The notes beneath the pieces were generated by a model. The model was not told the DNA's origin. It saw only the letters and a list, made by a program, of their open reading frames with translations, and searched no databases. Positions 1 through 11,575 of a stretch of 46,520 nucleotides of DNA are shown here, in pieces (the stretch's first letter is position 1; the number at the start of each line of letters is the position of its first letter). The DNA is from Octopus bimaculoides (taxonomy: Eukaryota): NCBI RefSeq assembly GCF_001194135.2, contig NC_068983.1, positions 114,977,834 through 115,024,353 on the forward strand, given 5' to 3'. The position numbers were made by a program, and so were the translations under genes.

Positions 1-281
1 TAGGATTTTCGAGCGAGATCGTTGCCAGTGCCCCTGGACTGGTTTGTGCGGGTGGCACATAAAAGACACCATTTCGAGCGTGGCCGTTTTCGTGCGGATG
101 ACACGTAAAAGCACCCACTACACTCTCTGAGTGGTTGGCGTTAGGAAGGGCATCCAACTGTAGAAACTCTGCCAAATTAGACTGGAGCCTGGTGTTGCCA
201 TCCGGTTTCACCAGTCCTCAGTCAAATCGTCCAACCCATGCTAGCATGGAAAGCGGACGTTAAACGATGATGATGATGATG

Positions 282-290
<9 letters not shown>
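1..290 (+). mobile_element. 3' tail of RTE-type LINE or RTE-tailed SINE, ending in (GAT)n/(TAT)n
   Basis: Contains GGTTGGCGTTAGGAAGGGCATCC...CCATGCTAGCATGGAAAGCGGACGTTAAACGATGATGAT; a near-identical copy lies at 35510-35815, and the same tail follows RTE RT-coding remnants at 5789-6200, 21150-21720 and 27330-27960. Confidence 0.75.
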
Positions 291-314
<24 letters not shown>

Positions 315-316
<2 letters not shown>

Positions 317-460
317 GGTGGTGAGCAGATAGTGAATCAGACAAACTGCTTATGGGCATTTAGTGTTTTTACATTCCGAGTTAAAATTCTACTGAGATCA
401 ACTTTGCCTTTCATCATTTTGAGGTAGATAAAATAAGTACCAGTTGAGCACTGGGGTCTA
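315..460 (+). mobile_element. tRNA-derived SINE, family B (degraded)
   Basis: AAGGTGGTGAGC...TTCCGAGTTAAAATTCT...CTTTGCCTTTCATC...AAATAAGTACCAGTTGAGCACTGGGGTC; aligns by eye with copies at 31756-31950 (+) and 7515-7735, 8625-8775, 8825-9020, 37620-37790 (-). Confidence 0.65.
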
Positions 461-639
461 TTACATGTTATTTGAAGCAGTGTTTTACAGCTGGATGAAC
501 TTTCTGACACTAGCCTTATCAATTTTTCAAGCAAGGGATCATATACTCCACACAGCTTCAAAGGCATGAAGTACTTGGAAGGTTTGTTAACAATAGAAAT
601 CGACATCACACCATACTTTCATACAAGCAATTAGAGACA

Positions 640-900
640 CACATGCACATTACATATACATGGTCATCATCACTTAACGTCTGTTTTCCATGCTGGCATG
701 GGTTGGATGGTTTGACCAGAGCCAGTAAGGCCAGGAGCCACACCAGGATCCATTGTCTGTTCTGGCTTGGTTCCTATAGCCAGATGCTCTTCTTAATGCC
801 AACCAATCCACAGGGTGTACTGGGTGCATTTTATGTGGCACCAGCACCAGTATCAACTCTGTTGTGGAAGATGAGTCTTCTTGAGTACAGCAAGGAGCTA
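640..900 (-). mobile_element. RTE-type 3' tail, reverse orientation
   Basis: Reverse complement of the CCATGCCAGCATGGAAAACAGACGTTAAGTGATGATG tail; similar reverse copies at about 20670-20850, 31985-32130 and 32590-32820. Confidence 0.65.
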
Positions 901-948
901 GACATCCCAGTCCTTTGTCATCTCCTTTATAAGGTTCAATGTCTCAAT

Positions 949-984
<36 letters not shown>

Positions 985-988
<4 letters not shown>

Positions 989-1410
989 GGAGTAAGCACA
1001 TAAAATGTGCAACAAGGTGGAAAGAAGAGTACTCAAATATCAGAGGTAGAGTAATATGCTTTATTTAAAAGCAGCAGAAATATAACAAAAGACTGTTACT
1101 CTGAGTTTCACATTCCCGTTCATCGGACAGTTTTGTTAGAAATGGGAAAGGAATAACAATGCAATCAAAAGTAATATAAAATTTAAAATTTGAAACACAT
1201 GGATCTGTTTGGTTGGTCGTTTCAAATAACGGTCATGGATGCGTAATGAACAAAACAAATGAATTTAATATAGATTCATCCTATTTTTCAAAAAATCGAA
1301 GAAAACCTTAAATAGAAAAATGGGCTCAAGTTACATATAATTAATTATATTCGAATTAACACATTAAACTCAAATAAAATAAAATAAAATTACAATAGCA
1401 TATACGCATA
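985..1410 (-). mobile_element. Non-coding repeat with minimal hammerhead-like fold (probable solo Penelope-type terminal repeat)
   Basis: Embedded in (AT)n. The minus strand at 1092-1131 folds as ACTGT-CCGATGA-ACG/GGAA/TGT-GAAA-CTCAGAG-TA-ACAGT. The PLE assignment is inferred from the ribozyme type; boundaries are approximate. Confidence 0.45.
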
Positions 1411-1601
1411 CTAGACTATCCACAACATATATATATATATATATATATACACGATGGTTTTCTTTCAGTTTCTATCCACCAAATCTATTTACAAGGCTTT
1501 TGTCAGGCAGGGATTATAGTAGAACATATTTGTCCAAGGTATCATGCAATGAGACTGAACCTGAAACCATATGGTTGGAAATCAAATTTCTCAGCCACAT
1601 A

Positions 1602-1638
<37 letters not shown>

Positions 1639-1773
1639 ATGTGTGTGTGTGTGTGTGTGCGTGCGCGCATGTATGTCCCTCCCTCCCTCTCTTTCACCAA
1701 AGTAAATATGAACAGAAAGTAAAGACATTAATGAGAAACTGAAAATCCAGTGACACATCTTTGTCAGTTTTAC

Positions 1774-1809
<36 letters not shown>

Positions 1810-2338
1810 ATGAACCAACGGCTGGCCTGTTGGAAATCTGTAAATCAATCAATGCTAGTCTCCACAAATTTCAATACAAAATAAAATTAGAAAAAAAAAA
1901 CAATAGGTGGTTCTATTGATCAAATAAATGAAATGCCCAGCATCAAAAACCAACACAAAGATGCATCATCAAAAGCTTATTTCATCTGTTATACAATTCT
2001 GCTCAAATATTTGCTTTGTTGAATTAACAGAAATCAATATTACTAATTTATGGCAGAAAATATTCTAAAAATTTTACATTTACTCTTTTAGTAGCAACTT
2101 GCTCCCCAGACCACCATTTACATCTTTTGTTATCATATTGTATGGAAATGCACTGCCTTTATTTTAATTAATTATGGAAATAATGAAGAATTTATCAAAG
2201 TAACTTTGTCATTCTTAAACTGGTGTTTAGAATATAAATTAACAAAACAGGAAATTTGTATTGTAGAACCAGAGACAGTCCCAGGCAGGTTACTATCAAA
2301 TGAGTTAAAATGTTTGTATTTAAATTTAAATTTGATGG

Positions 2339-2499
2339 AAGGAGTGGCTGTGTGGTGAGTAGCTTGCTTACCAACCACATAGTTCCGGGTTCAGTCCTAC
2401 TGCATGGCACCTTGGGCAAGTGTCTTCTACTATAGCCTTGGGTCGACCAAAGCCTTGTGAGTGGATTTGGTAGACAGAAACTGAAAGAAGCCCGTTGTA

Positions 2500-2536
<37 letters not shown>

Positions 2537-2722
2537 ACCGTTGACTGAACACTATTCAATTTTTTTTCTCCGTGTTTTTCTCCTTGTCTCCGTATTCTTT
2601 CTGTTGAAGAGCGTAGCTCGAAACGTCAAAGACTTTCCGTATTCCCGAGCGTCATACTAATATATACTTTTGTTATTTACACCACCTGTCCTCGTCTGTT
2701 GTTATTTTTTGTATATTCTCCC

Positions 2723-2774
<52 letters not shown>

Positions 2775-2951
2775 NNNNNNNNNNTCAATTTTTTTTCTCC
2801 GTGTTTTTCTCCTTGTCTCCGTATTCTTTCTGTTGAAGAGCGTAGCTCGAAACGTCAAAGACTTTCCGTATTCCCGAGCGTCATACTAATATATACTTTT
2901 GTTATTTACACCACCTGTCCTCGTCTGTTGTTATTTTTTGTATATTCTCCC

Positions 2952-3008
<57 letters not shown>

Positions 3009-3220
3009 TTTGTGTGTCTGTGTTTGAAACCCCACCATCGCTTGACAACCGATGCTGGTGTGTTTACGTCCCCGTAACTTAGCGGTTCGGCAAAAAGAGA
3101 CCGATAGAATAAGTACTAGGCTTCCAAAGAATAAGTCCTGGGGTCGATTTGCTCGACTAAAGGCGGTGCTCCAGCATGGCTGCAGTCAAATGACTGAAAC
3201 AAGTAAAAGAGTAAAAAGAA
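2339..3220 (+). mobile_element. tRNA-derived SINE, family A, with internal microsatellite interrupted by a hammerhead-bearing repeat
   Basis: Head GGAGTGGCTGTGTGGTGAG...GGTTCAGTCC (A/B-box-like), CTTGGGCAAGTGTCTT motif, internal (AT)n(GT)n, tail GACTGAAACAAGTAAAAGAGTAAAAAG; matches the full copies at 7799-8231, 28815-29267 and 41441-41933. Confidence 0.85.
2535..2968 (+). repeat. About 190-bp hammerhead-like repeat present twice (229-bp offset) across a 10-N gap
   Basis: Identical copies at about 2555-2725 and 2785-2950; each contains TCTTT-CTGTTGA-A-GAGC/GTA/GCTC-GAAAC-GTC-AAAGA. Confidence 0.7.
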
Positions 3221-3482
3221 AAGAGAGTATGATCAATAACATTACTTTTCAATTGGTCAACACCAGGATAATATATACCTGTCTTAACCTATTCTTACTA
3301 GTAATAAACAGAGAGGGTTGCTAGTAACACATGAAAGCTAGTAATGCTCTAACAAAAATTGAAAGAATTAAGCAAAATAACTCCAGCAAGTAACCATCAT
3401 GATTATGTATACCCACACTTTCAAATGGATGCCTGATGCTAGTTAGTGAATCTGACTCCAGAGCGGAAGGCTGCATGTTCAA

Positions 3483-3533
3483 ATGATGCTGCGCTGGTAT
3501 GGTCATGTGGTGCATATGGATGAGGACAACTAT
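3483..3533 (+). mobile_element. RTE LINE RT C-terminal remnant, left part (split by PLE insertion)
   Basis: Reads LRWYGHVVHMDEDNY and resumes at 5789 as EDNYVKKLRSLREEGTCGR, the typical RTE C-terminal WYGHV...RGRPRKTW region. Confidence 0.8.
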
Positions 3534-5788
3534 ACAGTTCTATATTTAAGAGTTGAGGAATTATGCACATTATTTACATTTAACGGATTATTTGTCCTTA
3601 TCTTGTTTGTTGTTAACAACGTTTCGGCTGATATCCCCTCTTCGGGAAATTTTGAAGCTGTGTTCTCATTCCTAAGGTGTTTTACGATGTACTTCTTGTT
3701 GTTATTGTTATTATTATTATTATTGTTGNNNNNNNNNNNNNNNNNNNNNNNNNNNNNNNNNNNNNNNNNNNNNNNNNNNNNNNNNNNNNNNNNNNNNNNN
3801 NNNNNNNNNNNNNNNNNNNNNNNNNNNNNNNNNNNNNNNNNNNNNNNNNNNNNNNNNNNNNNNNNNNNNNNNNNNNNNNNNNNNNNNNNNNNNNTATTAT
3901 TATTATTATTCAGGTCACTGCCTGAAATTGAACTCGGAATCTTGGGATTAGTAGCCTGCACTCTTAACCACTACACCATATGCCCATAGGCGATTATGGA
4001 GTGAATTTTAGGGCTTATAAATCTAACATTTTCCTATCCTTCCTTAATACCAGTTCCCATATGCTATTCATATCTGCACTCGGTCTGCTTAGGAGGTTGT
4101 TGTGTCCTAGTATATATGCTGCTTCTTTTAGTTTTCGTATTTTCCAGTGATGTTCTCTGTCTATTATTTTAACTTCATCCTACAGGCGGAGGTGGTCTCC
4201 ATTTTTCCATACATGATCAGCTATACCCGATTTATCAATATCTCCTTGTGTCACAGCTTTGCGATGTTCCTGTACCCTTATTTTAAGAAGGCAGCATGGG
4301 ATGAAGTACACGCAGTCTTTGGTCATATTCTCTTCTATTGGTGGTTTTGCTCGAAGGAGATATTTGCGAAGTGTTGTATTACTCTTGAATACTGTCCTGA
4401 TGTCATATGGGCCACATATCTTTTGTATCTTTTCGGAGAGGCCTTTCACATAGGGTAGACAGACTGTGGACAGTTTATTGGTTTCATCCTCTCTTTTCTT
4501 CATAATTGGAGTGGATAGTATATTTTGGGGGTAGTTGTTGCTAAATAGATTGCTACTGAGCTTGATCATTTCTTCGTGGTGTGTATCAGGATCGCTACTT
4601 ATATTCTTTGCTCAATGTTTTGGGCACTGAGCAATTCCTCTCTTTACACTGTATGGATGGTGGGAACTGAAGTAAAGGTATCATCCAGTGAAGGTCAACT
4701 TGCGGTATACGGATGTCCTGAATCCATACTTGGTGCATGCTATTAATACGTCCAGGAATGCTAGCTGATTGTCTTTTTCCTTTTCAATTGCGAACTGTAT
4801 GGATGGCTTTATTGAGTTCACATGATCTCTTGGATATCTTCCTGGTGGTGCAAGAGAATAAAGGTGTCATCAACATACCGCAGCCATAGGATTGGTTTTA
4901 GTGGTGTTGATCCTAAAGCCAAATTCTCAGTATTCCATGTATATATTGGCTATTATCGGTGATAATGGCGAAACCATAACTAAACCTTCTTCTTGTCAAT
5001 ATATATCAGTGTCCATACTGAAATAGGTAGTTTCTATACAGAAGGTCAACATTTCCATCAAGTTTCTTATTGGTATACTAGTGCGTTCTTTTAGATGGGT
5101 GTCTGTCACTAGTTTTTCTTGAATCATCAATAGTGCTTCACCAATTGGGACTTTGGTGAACAGACTTACCACATCTAGATTCACCATCTGGTTGGATTCA
5201 ATAGGGGTATCCTTGATCAGTTCTGTGAAGTGGGTGGAATTCTTCACGTACAATGTTGACTTTCTTGCTAATGGACTGATTATATCCAAAAAGAAGCGGC
5301 TCAGTGGATGACATGCTGAACCTCTACAGCTCACTATAGGTCTTAATGGAATACCATCCTTGTGAATCTTAGGGAGACCGTACATGTGTAGTAGTTTACT
5401 GTAGTGTTGAGTCAGTTGTCTGTACCTCATTGGAGTAAAGTGATCCTTTTTCTTGATCAAGTTCTGTGACAACTTCCTCTCTGTTTTCAGAGTTGGGTCT
5501 TTCTTTACTTTGCTGTAGCTACTATCACTTATAAGACTTGCCAATTTTTTCCGGGCATATGGCATAGTGGTTAAGAGCACAGGCTACTAATCCCAAGATT
5601 CCGAGTTCGATTCCAGGCAGTGACCTGAACAACAACAACAACAACGAAAAATACTTTAGGAATGAGAACCTAAGTTCAAAATTTCCCCAAGACACCTGAT
5701 GAAGGCTGGAGGGTATATCAGCTGAAATGTTGTGTTGACAACAAACAAGATGAGAACAAATATCCTTCAATGTAAATAATGTAAATAA
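3534..5788 (-). mobile_element. Penelope-like element (RT + GIY-YIG remnant) with inverted terminal repeats and 12-bp TSD
   Basis: Minus-strand YGLPKIHKDGIPLRPIVS, LDVVSLFTKVP, LRYVDDTF (4863-4880) and GIY-YIG-like CVYFIPC...LKIRVQEHRKA, with stops, frameshifts and deletions. Direct repeat GAGGACAACTAT at 3522-3533 and 5789-5800. Terminal repeats at 3534-3985 (-) and 5553-5788 (+). Confidence 0.9.
5553..5788 (+). repeat. Inverted terminal repeat of the PLE: tRNA-like head + (AAC)n + hammerhead-like motif
   Basis: GGGCATATGGCATAGTGGTTAAGAGC (A box)...GAGTTCGATTCC (B box); hammerhead-like fold at 5691-5736; reverse-complement homolog at 3534-3985. Confidence 0.85.
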
Positions 5789-6200
5789 GAGGACAACTAT
5801 GTAAAGAAGCTCCGATCACTAAGAGAGGAAGGAACCTGTGGAAGACATGGGATGAGGTGGTGGAACATGATCTTCAAATGCTGGGCCTCATGGAGATGAT
5901 GCCAAGTGACCAAGACCTTTGGCAATATGCAGTGCTTGAGAAGACTCATCAAACCAAGTGAAATCATAGTCATTGCCAATGCCAGTGTCATGTGACTGGC
6001 ATCTGTGCTGGTGGCATATAAAAGCATCTATGCTAGTGGCACATAAAAAATACCCATTACACTCTTGGAGGGGTTGGTGTTAGGAAGCGCATCCAGCCAT
6101 AGAAACCACACCAAATCAGACTGGAACCTAGTGCAGCACTCCAGCTTACCAGTTCCATTCATAACGTCTAACCGATGCCAACATAGAAAGCAAATGCTAA
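5789..6200 (+). mobile_element. RTE LINE 3' end, right part after the PLE insertion
   Basis: Decayed RT C-terminus (GGAAGACATGGGATGAGGTGGTG..., KTWDEVV) followed by the RTE tail ending ...GCTAAATGATGATAATGATG. Confidence 0.75.
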
Positions 6201-6736
6201 ATGATGATAATGATGGTATATGTAGCAATATATATTCTTTTATTCTTTTACTTGTTTCAGTCATTTGATTGCAGCCAAGCCTTAAAGGATTTTTTTATTT
6301 TAGTCGAAGAAATCGACCCCAGGATTTATTCTTTGTAACCCTAGTACATCTATCAGTTTCTTTTGCCAAACAGCTAAGTTATGGGACAGAAATGGAGAGA
6401 GAATGAAAAACAGGGAGAGAAACAAAATGTGAAGGGATTAATGGTTTAAGATGAGGAAATGACCAGAATGGGGGTGAGCACATGCGAATATATGAGTGGG
6501 CGAGCTTAAAAAGTAAATGAGCTTGTAAGTGTATATGGGAGCATGCGTGAAGACAGGAGAAATACAAGGAGTAAGTGTATATGTGCATGTATATGTATAT
6601 GTGAACAACCATTTGAGACAGTAAGAATGCATGTGTAGATACATAAGTGTATACCATTGCAACAACAGTTATGTATATGCACAACTGTACACTCCATCTA
6701 CGTGTATATAAAGGTATTAATTGTTTGTCCTGAAAG

Positions 6737-6783
<47 letters not shown>

Positions 6784-7798
6784 GTATGTGGGTTTATGTA
6801 TGTATGATTACATGGTTACATTCATTAAAAGAAAGAAAGGAAGGAAGAAAGAAAGGAAATAATTGTATTTCATGAATTACTATAAGAGTCTAATTAATTA
6901 GCATTTAGATATAATAAACTTACTAGTAAAGTATTCAGTCCAGGCAACCTTTCTGAATGAAATGAGAGGGAGAGAGAGAGGGTGGATGGAAAAGAGAGGT
7001 GATAGAGAGAGAGAGGGGGACAAAAAGAGAGGGAGGGGATGGAAGGATTGAGAGAAAGAAAGAGAGATGGGAGTTGGTTCAGTAAACAGGAAGAGGAGAA
7101 AGGACACCTTGGATGCTGACCCATCAATTTGGGCCTTCTAAATTTGGTATTTACTACACACACACACACACATGAGGAAAAGGAGACATTTGTGAACTGA
7201 AGGAAGCAAAATGATTTGATACTGATATGATATATCAAAATGCCAACAGCTTTTGTCAGGAAGATCTTTGGTAAAAGGACAGCAACATCAACATCATCAT
7301 CATCATCATCATCATCATTTTTGTCTCACCCCCCCCCCCCACCTGACAGAAGGGGATTGGTGGCTAGAAAAAAAGTACTACTACCAATCAAATGGAGCAA
7401 GCAAAATGAGGACAAGTATATTTAGTAGGGTGTGGGGAGGGCAATTACATCCAGACTAAACGTTCAAATTGAATGGCACACAGGCAATGATAATAATAAT
7501 AATAATAATGACGATGATTTCAAATTTTGGCACAAGGCCAGCAATTTTGGGAGAGGAGGAGGTAAGTTGATTACATCGATCGAAGTATTCAACTGGTAAT
7601 TATTTTAATCAACCTTGAAAGGTTAATGGCAAAGTCAACCTCAGCAGAATTTGAACTCAGAACAAGAAGACGGACAAAATGACATTGAGCATTTCACCCA
7701 GCATACTAACAGTTCTGCCAACTTGCCACCTTAATAACAACAACAATAACAATAATGATTCTTTCCACCATGAGCACAAAGCCAGAAATTGTGAATGA

Positions 7799-7969
7799 GG
7801 CGCAGGAGTGGCTGTGTGGTAAGTAGCTTGCTCACCAACCTCATGGTTCCGGGTTCAGTCCCACTGCGTGACATCTTGGGTAAATGTCTTCTACTATAGC
7901 CTCGAGCCGACCAAAGCCTTGTGAGTGGATTTGGTAGACGGAAACTGAAAGAAGCCTGTCTTATATATG

Positions 7970-8009
<40 letters not shown>

Positions 8010-8231
8010 TGTGTGTGTGTGTTTGTGTGTCTGTGTTTGTCCTCCTAGCATTGCTTGACAACCAATGCTGGTGTGTTTACATACCCGTCACTTAGCGGTT
8101 CGGCAAAAAGAGACCGATAGAATAAGTACTAGGCTTACAAAGAATAAGTCCCGGGGTCGATTTGCTCGACTAAAGGTGGTGCTCCAGCATGGCCACAGTC
8201 AAATGACTGAAACAAGTAAAAGAGTAAAGAG
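7799..8231 (+). mobile_element. tRNA-derived SINE, family A, full length
   Basis: GGCGCAGGAGTGGCTGTGTGG head, internal (AT)n(GT)n, GTAAAAGAGTAAAGAG tail. Confidence 0.9.
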
Positions 8232-8419
8232 TGGGGGCCAGTCAATTACATCACCCCCAGTACTCTATAGGCACTTATTTTATAGATCCAGAAAGGATGG
8301 AAGGTAAAGTAAACCTTGATTGAAATTTGAACTCACAATGTAAAGAGCAAGAAGAAATGATGCTAAGGATTTTGTGTGACATGCTAATTCTGTCAGCTCA
8401 CCACCTTACTAACTAATAA

Positions 8420-8625
8420 TAATAATTCCAACTGGGCCCCACCTGCAAGGTCGTGCACAGTTTATCTTGATATGAGATCACCATGTAACACACATATGGC
8501 TGTGATGCATGTGCCTGGTGTGTTCTTATCAGATGGGTAGTCATGATGGGTCTACTGGCTTCGTATATTTCACCCCACTGTCACTTTGATGGCATGCACT
8601 GCTCTCTCACCCAATAATAATAATA
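8420..8625 (+). repeat. Dispersed repeat ending in (AAT)n, unknown family (short copy)
   Basis: CACCTGCAAGGTC...GAGATCACCATGT...CACTTTGATGGCATGCACTGCTCTCTCAC+(AAT)n; a longer copy lies at 10965-11515. Confidence 0.7.
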
Positions 8626-9031
8626 GTTTCAGATTTTGGCGCAAGGCCAGCAATTTTGGGGAGGGGTTTCGTGAATTACATCAGTCCCAGTGCTCAACTG
8701 GCACTTACTTTATTGACCCCGAAAGGACGAAAAGCAAAGTCAACAGAAATGCTGCAAAGCAGTTTCTCTGATGTTGTAACAGTTCTTCCAGTTCACCACT
8801 TTCATAATAATCCTTGCTACTATAGGCACAAGGCCTGAAATTTTAAGGTGAGGTAGAGTCTGGTCAATTACATTGACTGCAGTACTCGACACAGTACTTA
8901 TTTCCTTGGTCCCCAAACAGACGGAAAGTAAAGCTGGCCTTGGTGGTATGTGAAACTCAGAATGAACAGCTAGAACAAAGGCTGCTAGTCACTTTGTCAG
9001 GCATGCTAACAATTCTGTCAGCTTACAGTCA

Positions 9032-9065
<34 letters not shown>

Positions 9066-9827
9066 TGGCATCAGAGGGGCAATGCATACCCTGCACACAG
9101 ATAATTTTTTTTTATTCTTATTTTTTTTTAATCCAAAAATATGATCAAACTTAAAGGAAATATAGTCAAAGAAATGAAAATATAGTTTTTATTTTTCATT
9201 TTCACTGAAGAACCATGCATGTATTGAAGAAGTTACTTATGTTTTAAATAATTTTTGTGAAAATGTTAAAATACGAGTTGACAAAGAAATTTGAATGTTA
9301 TTGTAGGGGGTCTGAAATTAAAATTAAGAAAAAATAACATAAAAAATTAAGACTCTTCTCTAATTTTTCACCGAGGAATCATGCATGTTCAAAAACAAAA
9401 ACAAAAAAAACTTTCTATTTCAATATGATATATCCTCCAGAGGGGGAGATTATTCTAATAAATCAAGAATTTATGTTGTTTGGTATTTGATGTATCTGTA
9501 TTTGTTTATGTTGTTTGGAAACATCCCACTGGCCACTCCGAGTTATTTCCCTTAGAACACTTTTGCTTAAATTATGCAAATTACCTAGGCTATAAATGTG
9601 CTCAACTCTCTTTTGTATGAATTTAAGTCCCTTGGTCAATGAAGGCAAGATTGAACAATTGTCATACTGGAAGGTAGCTATTGGGCTAGAAACATGTGTT
9701 GATGATGACTGTCCTGTGGACAATAAACCTGTCCTTCTCTTTAATGGTTTGTTAGTTTTGGAGAATTTTTGATTCTTGAGATTATATCCCCATTTCATGT
9801 GGAGCTGGTCTCAATTATTTTTTGCAT

Positions 9828-10155
9828 GGCTCAGTGGTTAGAGCATCGGGCTCACAATCATGAGATAGTGAATTTGATTCCCAGGCTGGGCTGTATGTTA
9901 TGTTCTTGAGCAAGACACTTTATTTCACATTGCTCCAGTCCACTCAGCTGTAGAAATGAGTGGCAATGTCACTGGTGCCAAACTGCATCATCCTTTGCTT
10001 TTCCCTTGGATAACATCAGTGGCATGGAGAGAGAAGGCTGGTATGCATGGGCAACTGTTGGTCTTCCATAAACAACCTTGCCCAGACTTGTGTATCAGAG
10101 GGGAACTTTCTAATTGCAATCTCATGGTCATTCATGACCAAAGGGGACCTTTATC
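9828..10155 (+). mobile_element. tRNA-derived SINE, family C (CORE-like central motif)
   Basis: TGGCTCAGTGGTTAGAGC A box, TTCTTGAGCAAGACACTTTATTTCACATTGCTCCAGTCCACTCAGCTG core; other copies at 20368-20525 (+), 22200-22441 (-), 30950-31030 (+, partial) and 35860-35960 (-). Confidence 0.75.
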
Positions 10156-10652
10156 CTTTAATTATGATACATCCTCTAGATGCAGAGATAATTTTAATAA
10201 ATTAAGAATTTATGTTGCAACATAAATGGTATACCTTCTCTTCCAGTCTTCATTTACCTTGGCAGTTAACATGTTGGAATCCAACAACAATAGCATTCTA
10301 ACAGTTATTCACTATATCTTCAATCAATCAAGTGAGTAAACTTGAACCACAAACACACTCAAAATGATTATCAGAGACAGCTGTAAGTCTATAATGCACA
10401 AATAGATGTATGGCCCATTATTTATGCCTTTTTTGTTATGCATCATTCTGTGGAAACATACCATATTAATGCAAACATGGATTTAGAAAGTTGACTGCTG
10501 ATGGACTTGGACTTTAAATCAGATTACCTGAAGTTCAATACCAATCACTAAACCTTTTGTTAGTCTGATGTATTTATATCAGCAGAAAGATCAAGAAGTA
10601 TTTTGCCCAAATGACAAACCCCTTCTTAATAAATCTTTGTTTTATATATATG

Positions 10653-10715
<63 letters not shown>

Positions 10716-10964
10716 NNNNNNNNNNNNNNNNNNNNNNNNNNNNNNNNNNNNNNNNNNNNNNNNNNNNNNNNNNNNNNNNNNNNNNNNNNNNNNNNNNNNN
10801 NNNNNNNNNNNNNNNNNNNNNNNNNNNNNNNNNNNNNNNNNNNNNNNNNNNNNNNNNNNNNNNNNNNNNNNNNNNNNNNNNNNNNNNNNNNNNNNNNNNN
10901 NNNNNNNNNNNNNNNNNNNNNNNNNNNNNNNNNNNNNNNNNNNNNNNNNNNNNNNNNNNNNNNN

Positions 10965-11480
10965 ATTGGAAGTGTTATCATGTACATTGTTTTGTCTTGG
11001 CATAAAAAGATGGGCTACAGCAAATATTCTGCTCAACACCAAAGATTTGCTTGTTAGTTGTTTGACATTAACCAGTTGAGCATGTTCTTTGGTGGTTGAC
11101 GATACGTGCATCACTGATCATGAGCAGAAGTAGTGTGGGAGTATCATAACCGTGTGTTGAGAGGAATTCTTTGGAGTTTGAATAATTCACCTCTGGAATC
11201 ATGGGTGTTTCATTCAACATCCTTAAACAACTCTTATTCAAGGACCATTTGAGTGGGATGGGCTATTCGACCTGAAGAAAATTCTAACTGGGCAACCTGC
11301 AAGGTCATGTGCTGTTTTTCTTGATATGAGATCACCATGTCGCACACATATGGTTGTGATGCATGTGCCTGATGTACCCTTATAAGACGGGTATTCATGA
11401 TAGGTATACTGGGCTTCGTATATTTTACCCCAGTGTCACTTTGATGGCATGCACTGCTCTCTCACTCAGTAGTAGTAGTA

Positions 11481-11515
<35 letters not shown>
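10965..11515 (+). repeat. Dispersed retroposon-like repeat ending in (AGT)n(AAT)n
   Basis: 3' 200 bp homologous to 8420-8625; non-coding; simple-repeat tail. Confidence 0.65.
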
Positions 11516-11575
11516 CCTTTCTACTAAAGGTACAAGGCCTGAAATTTGTGGGGAGGAGGATAGTCGGTTACATCA

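Noticed and set aside
2555-2968. Genuine tandem duplication of the 229-bp unit
   Set aside because: The copies are identical and separated by a minimal 10-N gap next to a microsatellite, the typical signature of a scaffolding overlap; not accepted without long reads.
5553-5625. tRNA gene
   Set aside because: It has A/B boxes but no complete cloverleaf or acceptor stem and runs into a microsatellite; it is a tRNA-derived head. The same applies to all SINE heads here.
9463-9798. 111-aa minus-strand ORF (and similar ORFs at 19605-19793, 33706-33924, 39558-39782)
   Set aside because: Both strands are largely open, there is no recognisable homology and splice signals are inconsistent, so neither strand nor reality can be assigned.
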